A stretch of DNA of 64,000 nt, from NCBI RefSeq assembly GCF_009914755.1, contig NC_060937.1; one strand, given 5' to 3'. The stretch's first letter is position 1, and each line of letters opens with the position of its first letter. The position numbers and the translations under genes are program-made. Below the pieces are notes generated by a model that was not told the origin of the DNA, did no database searches, and worked only from the letters and a program-made list of their open reading frames with translations. The stretch is from the human T2T-CHM13v2.0 reference genome, Homo sapiens. Of this stretch, positions 54,523 through 64,000 are shown piece after piece.

Positions 54523-55450
54523 CTCTTACAGCTAAATATTCATACCCGAAAAAGAACATCATTGTCATCCAGAGTGATAAACCTATGCTTCATACAAGCC
54601 AAGATATGCTCCTCCCTACCCCAAAAGGGAGAGATGCAAAATGGGGATACACATACCCTATACTCCTTCAGTCCTTTTCTGGGTGATTACATCGTTGGGA
54701 TAGTGTAGAGGAGAAATTAGATAGTAATTGTTATGTTTATGCTTATGCATGAAAGGGTGTATGCACAACTCTAATGTCTTAATTTCTGCAGCTGGTCAAG
54801 AGAACATAGTTAGTGTTTATAGTGTCTTGCTTCCATTCTTCACTCCATGTTACCTTTGCATTTAGTCAGCAGGAGTTTATTGAAGTCCTAGAGGCACTGA
54901 ATTAACCAACTCTACGTAACTCTCTGCTTCATGATGTTATGCCAGTTTGGATCCAGCCATGACCTATATGGTTACTTAAACAGGAGAGGTTTAATATAAA
55001 TAATTACTACAGTAAAAGAAAAAATAATGGTACCATATGCTACCCTACAGCTTAGGGAGCATATCCAAAGATGAACAATTTTATAATGGACCCTCTCCAC
55101 CAAGGCTGAGGCTCTGACTTCTTTAGAGATGTATTTGCAGGCCAGTGAATGGCAGATAACTTTTATGGTTTGCACAGAGCAGAGCTGGTGTGCAGCTGCT
55201 GGGCAAGTGAGAAGCAATTTCTGGGGCACTGCTGAGGCTGTGTCTAGATGCACCATTGTGCAGAAGGGAAGGGAGCCAGTGGAGAGGGGAGAGGAGTTAT
55301 GCAGTGGGCAGTGTTCTCTTTAGGATAGGCTGCAGGGGATAAACTTGGAGAGAGAGCTATGCAGTCAGAGCGCATGGGGCACCAGTCTAGGCAGGAGACC
55401 AGGAGCACACAGTGTAGGAGGTCTGGGACACGTGATGTCTACATCAAGTG

Positions 55451-55808
55451 TGTATTAGTCTGATCTCATGCTGCTAATAAATACCTGAGACTGGGTAATT
55501 TATAAAGGAAAGAGGTTTAAGGGGCTCACTGTTCCACATGTCTGGGGAGGCCTCACAATCATGGTGGAAGGCTAACGAGGAGCAAAGTCATGTCTTATAT
55601 GGTGGCAGGCAAGAGCTTGTGTAGGGGATCTCTTCTTTATAAAACTATCAGATCTTATGAGACTTACTCACTATCACGAGAACAGCATGGGAAATTCCTG
55701 CATCCATGATTCAATTACCTACTACCAGGTCCCTCCCACAACACGTGGGAATTATGGGAGGTACGATTCAAAATGAGATTTGGGTGAAGACACAGCCACA
55801 CCATATCA
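55451..55808 (-). mobile_element. THE1C-like solo LTR
   Basis: tgtattagtc...gaggagcaaagtcatgtctta...ccatatca; perfect TSD AAGTG at 55446-55450 and 55809-55813. Confidence 0.93.
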
Positions 55809-56237
55809 AAGTGCAAAGGTGATCGCCATGTTGTTCTGTAAGTTTGTTGCACTCTAGGCACTGTGGGCATCTGTCTGGGACAGAGTACCATCTGATGACC
55901 CTTCTACCCACATTTGCTGGAGGTACAGCCACCAGAGCTGGGAGAAAGAACCTCCTCCTTCCACAGGGTACCTCCAATGTCTTTCAGCGGATAAAGTTTA
56001 TGAGGGTGCCCAGTATAAAAGAGAAATGTTTAAGAAAAATTATCTATTATTGCGAAGCTGGTACAAAGAGGGTGAATTTGGTCATGAGAACCAACAAATG
56101 AATAATTGCACAGTGATGTCAGGAAAATACACTCCTTTTTAATTAAACCATTAATAGTTAAGTTTCTGTTCATTGCAACATTATTTGTAACAGTCAAGAC
56201 GTGTAATTAAAGGAAATGTCCATCAACAGATAAACAG

Positions 56238-56642
56238 TGTGTTAGTCTGTTTTGAGGTACAATAAAGGAAGACCTGAGACTGGATAATTTATAAAGAAAA
56301 GAGGTTTATTTGGATCATGGTTCTGAAGGCTGTACAAGAATGGCACCAGCATCTGCTCAGCTTCTGGTGAGGCCTTAGGAAGTTCTTACTTATGGAAGAA
56401 GGTGAAGGGGGAGCAGGTGTGTCACATGGTGAGACAGGGAGCAAGAAAGACGCCCGGCTCTTTTAAACAACCAACCTTCACGTGAACTAACAGAGTGAGA
56501 ACTCATTACTGCAAGGACAACACCAAGCCATTCATGAGGGATCTCCCCCATGACCCAAACACCTTCCTCTAGGCCAACATCCAACTTTGGAGGTCACATT
56601 TCAACATGAGATTTGGAGGGGACAAACGTCAAAACCATGTAA
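56238..56642 (-). mobile_element. MSTA/MSTB solo LTR inserted in an old L1M fragment
   Basis: gcaccagcatctgctcagcttctggtgaggcc...caccaagccattcatgagggatc...catttcaacatgagatttggaggggacaaac. Confidence 0.9.
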
Positions 56643-56810
56643 AATGGTTATTAGAGAACAATATCTAGCCATAACAAATGACTTTTAACATCATTTAAAA
56701 ATTTCAAAATTTTGGATTCAATTGTTGTCACATGCGTATATAAATTATAATTTTATCATCATTGTCTATGTATAACTCTTTTCAAGATGAAACTTCACTC
56801 TTTGTCTCTC

Positions 56811-57103
56811 TTTTTTTTCTTTTTGAGACAGAATCTTGCTCTGTCTTCCAGTCTAGAGTGCAGTGGTATGATCACAGCTCACTGCAGCCTCAACCTGCCA
56901 GGCTCAAGCCAATTCTCCCACCTCAGCCTTCTGAGGAGCTGGGACTACAGGCACGTGCCATCATGCCTGGCTAACTTTTTTATATTTTGCAGAGATGGAG
57001 TCTCCCAATGATGCCCAGGCTGGTTTCTCCTGGGCTCAAGCAATCCCCTGACTTTGGTCTCCCAAAGTGCTGGGATTACAAGTGTGAGCCACTGCACCTG
57101 GCC
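56811..57103 (-). mobile_element. AluJ
   Basis: gatcacagctcactgcagcctcaacct...ctgggctcaagcaatcc; TSD-like ttgtctct on both sides. Confidence 0.95.
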
Positions 57104-59922
57104 TTGTCTCTTATTTTTGCTATTGTTTATTATATTCTTTTGTCACAAGGCTAAGTGGCACAAAAATATCTTGAACAATAATATCTCAAAATCAAAGCTT
57201 TGAGATAATAAATGCTTCTTTCACAATATATTAAGATATTAGATATTGATAAATTTATCAAAGCTATCATGTGTTTAATCATTTTGAAGTCCCCCCTAAC
57301 AAAAATATTCTGGCTTTCTCTTTTGTTATATTATCAGAAATATTCAACAGAATTTGATAAGACTGAGGCTCAAATTTTGTAATACCAATAAGTCACAATA
57401 AGAACTCAACTCACATACCTCATATCATTGCAAACAGGAACAATGAAATTTTCTCAGAGAAGAAATGTGTATCATGTTTCACTTCGACAATCATGATAGA
57501 AATATGAGCAATAATATTTCAATGAATGAAGCATCAGAGAGTTCAAGTATCCCTTGAAAATATCAAATTTCTGAAACTGCTATTCACAGTTGGGGAAGAA
57601 AATGTGATATCAGCATCAATGCTGAACTTAGGAATAATATATCTCAAGTGTGATTCTGTTCTTTTAGGGAACATAATGGTGTTATTTTATGCTTCATCAC
57701 TTCGTGTTTTAAGAATATTCTCTATTTGAAGTCTAGCATGAGTATCAAATAGAATATGATTTTTTTGTCAATTTAATGTATGTGCAAAATGAATGCATGA
57801 TTTACACGAGACATGAAATTATATTTCCAGTTATAGCTCTACATAAAGATTTCTAATGACAAGAAAATGAGGAACATGAAACTTTCAAAACAATATAGCT
57901 CATCCGTGAGCTCCCTTATCCAATACTCTTAAAATTTGTATTTTTACCCAAAAATACATTTATGATTCCATAATTTTTATTCATTATCAGGATATCCTTG
58001 CAATGATATATTTTCTTTACTATGTGTGACATTTTCACATTTACATCTTTAGGCAATGTTAATTTTCAGTAAAAAAAAAAAAGAAATAAGAAAGTGAAAA
58101 TTGAACATGTAAATAAGATAGTTAAACCTACTTTAAATTTGCTTTTTACTTTTATTCTTAATTACTTTCCATTTTGTTTCATATTATGGCTATCAGAGTC
58201 TACACGCCTTCAAAATATCCCATACAGCAACATGACTCCATTCTCTCTTAGATACATCTCTATAATAAAGTTCATGATGGGACTAAACAGTACATTACGA
58301 AGACCTTCTCTTGAGAATTATTTTCTGAAGAATACATTTATAAAGGTATTGTGGGGCAGACGTTTGTTTCAATGAGTGAATAATTACCTTATTATATTCA
58401 ACCCTATATAAGCAATAGCGCATTTGGATGGTGTTTGTGATTTTTACCTTCATCTTTGTAACTAGTTTCCTTGATCAATGAAGTCTGTTAGTCCACAAAA
58501 TTCCATTGTCATCTTTCTGTCAACTGTGGTTCATGGCTGTTGCAACATCTCACAAATCATAAGCAATGTCAGCACTGCACCCAGCTTCATTTCAGCTGCC
58601 ACCTCCCTGACTGACACTTTTGACCGTGACTTAAAGCTTTTCCTTAATTACCAATACAAAAATTCTCCGACTTGTGTGGAAGGATTTGAAAATGAACAAT
58701 AGAAAGTCATTCTAAATCTGTAAGTAGAGGAATGACATAAAGTCTGTACCAAGCCCAGGATGCTATATTAAGGGATGTGGGATAGAGGCTGTCAAGTGAT
58801 AAACCCCAATGCGGGCAATCATGGCTCAGAATATAGATTGTGAATGGGATTAAGAAAAAGGTGCAGAAGCTGCTGTCATACGATCAAGAGCACACTCAAG
58901 ATTCGAGTTCAAGCCTTCCAATTCTAGGCTGTGTGTTCTTAATCTCTACAACTAAAAATGATTTTGCCCATTTACCTATATTTAATAGTACTTTTGTATA
59001 ATTTGTGTATGCTAGTGTTCATGGATGTACATCTTCCTCATGGATAGTCTGACTGGTCTGTCAACCCCTGAAGATCTGAGATGGCTTCTTTTCTGTATAA
59101 ATGAACTAAAATGTCTTAGCAAGGATGGAGGATTAATGGAGCAAGAATTACATGATAAACTTTGAATTGATTATATATTCTAGGTTGCTGACCAATAGAT
59201 ATAAGAATAGAGGTTACTCTGGAGTCGAGATGTGAGTTTTATTTTGGGTAAAACCAAAACTAAAATAATTTAAAAGAATAAACAACAAACAAACAAAAAA
59301 ACGCATTGTGTGAACCTCAGTGTGTGAATGTACTAGGCTTTATTTTGGTTAGTCATTAAGTAATAACCAAATGTGTTAAATAGTTAAAGTGTTCAATGAA
59401 ATAATAAACAGTGGAATATTATGTGAAAGGGAGTTCACAAGATGCAGGAGCACAGAATTTTTGTGAAGGGTTCATAGTAAATGTTCCACATTTTCTTTTT
59501 TATATGATACAGGGAGTCTTAGAAAGCCCTCCACACCCCACATGTATGGAAATACAAGCTAATCAGAAAATGTTAAAGATGTATAAATTGTGCTGGAAGT
59601 TCAACATACTACCTACAGAATGCACAGAAACAATGCTTAGCAGGGAAGGCTTATTTTAAATGATTAGTGCACCAAATGAAAAGTGGCATATTAAAGAGTG
59701 TCAGAGAAAATGGCATGGTACTTGCCAACTTTCTCTGTTGTAAAATGGCTAACATACAATTTTATTATGGAATCTAAATAGCCTTGGGAGTCTTAAAAAT
59801 GAGAAGAAAATAAGAACAAGTACAATATTTCTATCTAGGGTTATAGTGTGTTGTACAATGATTTAAAAGTTTTTCATGACAAAAGTTTGAATGATTGCAG
59901 GAGAGGGTATATAATACAGGTA

Positions 59923-60031
59923 GGACATGGTTTGGCTGTGACCCCACCCAAATCTCATCTTGAATTGTAGTTCCCACAAACCCCCTGTCATGGAAGGGAC
60001 CCAGTGGGAGGTAATTGAATCACGGGAACGG
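59923..60031 (+). mobile_element. THE1 LTR 5' fragment (~110 bp), interrupted
   Basis: atggtttggctgtgaccccacccaaatctcatcttgaattgtag...gtaattgaatcacggg. Confidence 0.85.
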
Positions 60032-60237
60032 CATATTTGTCTGTTTTTTGCGCTGCTGATAAACACATACCTGAAACTGGGCAATTTACAAAAGAAAGAG
60101 TTTTAATGGATTTACAGTTCCACATGGCTGAGGAGGCCTCACAGTCATGGTGGAAGGCAAGAAGGAGCAAGTCACATTTTATGTAGATGGCGGCAGGCAA
60201 AAAGACAGGGAGCCTGTGCAAAGAAACTTCCGTTTTT
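60032..60237 (-). mobile_element. THE1B-like LTR 3' portion, interrupted by L1
   Basis: gctgctgataaacacatacc...gcaatttacaaaagaaagag...ggcaagaaggagcaagtcac. Confidence 0.88.
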
Positions 60238-60478
60238 ATTTTATTCTATTATTCTTATTTTTTATTATACTTTAAGTTCTGGGGTACATGTGCAGAACGT
60301 GCAGTTTTGTTACATAGGTATGGTATACATGTGCCGTGGTGGTTTGCTGCACCCATCAACCTATCATCTACATTAGGTATTTCTCCTAGTGTTATCCCTC
60401 CCCCAGCCCCCAGCCCCTACCCCACCGACAGATCCCGATGTGTGATGTTCCTCTCCTTATGTCCATGTGTTCTCATTT

Positions 60479-63400
60479 TCAACTCCCACTTATGAGTAAG
60501 AACCTGCGCAGTTTAGTTTTCTGTTCTTGTGATAGTTTGCTGAGAACGATGGTTTCCAGCTTCATCCATGTCCCTCCAAAGGACATGAACTCCTCCTTTT
60601 TTATGGTTGCATAGTATTCCACGGTGTATATGCGCCACATTTTCTTTATCCAGTCTATTATTGATGAACATTTGGGTTGGTTCCAAGTCTTAGCTATTGT
60701 GAATACTGCTGCAATAAACATATGTGTGCATGTGTCTTTATGGTAGAATGATTTATAATCCTTTGGTTATATATCCAGTAATGGGATTGCTGGGTCAAAT
60801 GGTATTTCTAGTTCTATATCCTTGAGGAATTGCCACACTTTCTTCCACAATGGTTGAACTAATTTACACTCCCTCCAACAGTGTAAAAGTGTCCCTGTTT
60901 CTCCACATACTCTCCAGCATCTGTTGTTACCTGACCTTTTTTATTTTTTGAGACTGAGTCTTGCTCTGTTGCCTAGGCTGGAGTGCAGTGTTGTGAACTC
61001 GGCTCACTGCAAGCTCCACCTCCTGGGTTCATGCCATTCTCCTACCTCAGTTCCCAAGTAGCTGGGACTACAGGCACCTGTCACCACACCCGGCTAATTT
61101 TTTGTATTTTTAGTAGAGACAGGGTTTCACCGTGTTAGTCAGGATGGTCTCGATCTCCTGGCCTTGTGATCCACCCACCTCGGCCTCCCAAAGTGCTGGG
61201 ATTACAGGCGTGAGCCACCTCGCCCGACCTGTTTCCTGACTTTTTAATGATCGCCATTCTAACTGGTGTCAGATGGCATCTCATAGTGGTTTTGATTTGC
61301 ATTTCTGTAATGACAGTGATGATGAGCATTTTTTCATGTGTCTGTTGGCTGCATAAATGTCTTCTTTTGAGAAGTGTCTGTTTATATCCTTTGCCTACTT
61401 TTTGATGGGGTTGTTCTTTTTTTCTTGTAAATTTGTTTAAGTTCTTTGTAGATTCTGGATATTAGCCCTTTGACAGATGGATAGATTGCAAAAATTTTCT
61501 CCCATTCGGTAGGTTGCCTGTTCACTCTGATGATAGTTTCTTTTGCCGTGCAGAAACTTTTTAGTTTAATTAGATCCCATTTGTCAATTTTGGCTTTTGT
61601 TGTCATTGCTTTTGGTGTTTTAGACATGAAGTCTTTGACCATGCCTATGTCCTGAATGATAATGCCCAGGTTTTCTTCTAGGATTTATATGGTCCTAGGT
61701 CTTAGGTTTAAGTCTTTGATCTAACTTGAGTTGATTTTTGTATAAGGTATAAGGAAGGGGTCCAGTTTCAGTTTTCAGCATATGGCTAGCCAGTTTTCCC
61801 AACACAATTTATCAAATAGGGAATCTTTTCCCCATTCCTTTTTTGTGTCAGGTTTGTCAAAGGTCAGATGGTTGTAGATGTGTGGTGTTGTTTCTGAGGC
61901 CTCTGTTCTGTTCCATTGTTCTATATATCTGTTTTGGTACCATACCATGCTGCTTTGGTTACTGTAGCCTTGTAGTATAGTTTGAAGTCAGGTAGTGTGA
62001 TACCTCCAGCTTTGTTCTTGCTCAGGATTATCTTGACTGTGGGGGCTCTTTTTTGGTTCCATATGAAGTTTAAAGTAGTTTTTTCCAATTCTGTGAAGAA
62101 AGTCAGTGATAGCTTGATGGGGATAGCATTGAGTCTATAAATTACTTTGGGCAGTATTGCCATTTTCATGATATTGATTCTTCTTATCCATGATTATGGA
62201 ATGTTTTTCCATTTGTTTGTGTCCTCTCTTATTTCCTTGAGCAGTGGTTTGTAGTTCTCCTTGAAGAGGTCCTTCACATCCCTTGTAAGTTGTATTCCTA
62301 GGTATTTTATCCTCTTTGTAGCAATTGTGAATAGGAGTTCACTCATGATTTGACTCTCTGTTTGTCTGCTATTGGTGTATAGGAATGCTTGTGATTTTTG
62401 CACATTGATTTTGTATTCTGAGACTTTGTTGAAGTTGCTTATCAGCTTAAGGAGATTTTGGGCTGAGACGATGGAGTTCTCTAAATATACAATCATGTCT
62501 TCCACAAACAGAGACAATTTGACTTCCTCTCTTCCGATTTGAATACCCTTTATTTCTTTCTCTTGCCTAATTGCCCTGGCCAGAACTTCCAATACTATGT
62601 TGAATAGGAGTGATGAGAGAGGGCATACTTGTCTTGTGCTGGTTTTCAAAGGGAATGCTTCCAGTTTTTGCCCATTCAGTATGATATTGGCTGTGGGTTT
62701 GTCATAAACAGTTCTTATTATTTTGAAATATGGCCCATCGATACCTAGTTTATTGAGAGTTTTTAGCATGAAGGGGTGTTGAATTTTGTCGAAAGTATTT
62801 TCTGCATCTATTGAAGTAACCATGTGGTTTTGTCATTGGTTCTGTTTATGTGATGGATTATGTTTATTGATTTGTGTATGTTGAACCAGCCTTGCATCCC
62901 AGGGATAAAGCCTTGGGATGCATCCACTTGATCGTGGTGGATAAGCTTTTCTAAGTGTTGCTGGATTAATTTGACAGTATTTTATTGAGGATTTTTGCAT
63001 CAATGTTCATCAGGGATATTGGCCTGAAATTTTCTTTTTTTATTGTGTCTCTGCCAGTTTTTGGTATCAGGATGATGTTGGCCTCATAAAATGAGTTAGG
63101 GAGGCTTCCCTCTTTTCCTATTATTTGGAATAGTTTCAGAAGGAATGGTACCAGCTCCTCTTTGTACCTCTGGTGGAATTTGGCTGTGAATCCGTCTGGT
63201 CCTGGACTTTTTTTGGTTAGTTGGCTATTAATTATCACCTCAATTTCAGAACTTGTTATTGGATTCAACTTCTTCCTTGTTTAGACTTGGGAGGGTGTAT
63301 GTGCCCATGAATTTATCCACTTCTATTAGATTTTTCAGTTTATTTGCATAGATGTGTTTTTAGTATTCTCTATGGTAGTTTGCATTTCCGTGGGATCAGT

Positions 63401-64000
63401 GGTGATATCCCCTATATCATTATTTTGTGTTTCTATTTGATTCTTCTCTATATTTTTCTTTATTAGTGGTCTATCTATTTTGCTGATCATTTCAAAAACC
63501 AGATCCTGGATTCACTGATTTTTTGAATGGTTTTTCATATCTCTATCTCCTTGAGTTCTGCTCTGATCTTAGTTATTTCTTGTCTTCTGCCAGATTTTCT
63601 ATTTGTTTGCTGTTGCTTCTCTAGTTCTTGTAATTTTGTTGTTAGGGTGTCAATTTTAGATCTTTCCTGCTTTCTCTTTTGAGCATTTAGTGGTACAAAT
63701 TTCCCTCTACACACTGCTTTAAATGGGTCCCAGAGATTCTGGTGTGTTGTGTCTTCATTCTCATTGGTTTCAAATAACATCTTTATTTCTGCCTTCATTT
63801 CATTATGTACCCAGTAGTCATTCAGGAGTGGGTTGTTGGTTGTTCAGTTTCCATGTAGTTGTGCAGTTTTGAGTGAGCTTCTTAATCTTGAGTTATAATT
63901 TGATTGCACTGTGGTTTGAGAGACTGTTTGTTATGATTTCTGTTTTTTTTTGCATTTACTGAGGAGTGTTTTACTTCCAATTATGTGGTCAATTTTAGAA
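60479..64000 (-). pseudogene. Disrupted L1 ORF2 (reverse transcriptase and C-terminal domain fragments)
   Basis: Fragments [55 protein letters not shown]; stops and frameshifts; RT FADD motif degenerated to FVED; AluY insertion. Confidence 0.9.
60941..61229 (-). mobile_element. AluY inserted in L1
   Basis: gcaagctccacctcctgggttcatgccattctcc and ccgtgttagtcaggatggtctcgatctcctg diagnostics; TSD tgttacctgacctttt (60925-60940) / tgtttcctgacttttt (61230-61245). Confidence 0.95.

Larger units (their letters stand above)
60233..64000 (-). mobile_element. L1PA (L1PA7-like) 3' UTR and ORF2, continuing beyond the window
   Basis: T-rich tail, ttattatactttaagttctggggtacatgtgcagaacgtgc 3' end; ORF2 peptides in the ORF track. 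Confidence 0.96.

Noticed and set aside
62194-62823. 209-aa ORF with reverse-transcriptase similarity
   Set aside because: Fragment of decayed L1 ORF2 with a mutated catalytic motif (FVED) and flanking stops/frameshifts; not a novel RT system

Overview
AT-rich, repeat-dense primate genomic DNA (probably human; the Alu, L1PA, THE1 and LTR12 content is primate-specific), either intergenic or deep intronic. I found no credible protein-coding exon, RNA gene or CRISPR array. The long ORFs are decayed L1 ORF2 or chance frames in repeats. ERVL-MaLR elements dominate: three full LTR-int-LTR THE1 proviruses (3680-6008, 21789-24263, 27583-29864), one truncated THE1 (43515-45245), and several solo THE1/MST/MLT LTRs. 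Also present are MLT2A1, an LTR12 nested in LTR16, Tigger1, MER45A, MER58A, Alus, MIR/L2 relics and an L1PA running off the right edge. I see no new gene system. The most interesting signals are DNA-repair fossils and regulatory potential: (1) a ~270-bp apparent tandem duplication in one THE1 that seems copied from an inverted THE1 about 21.5 kb away; (2) a 60-bp templated dispersed duplication with stuttered junctions; (3) a motif array ending in a fully paired hairpin inside a candidate non-coding exon; (4) fold-back inverted repeats; (5) many DUX4-type sites; (6) a four-level nested insertion. Subfamily names come from recalled consensus sequences, not a database search, and coordinates of old repeats are approximate.
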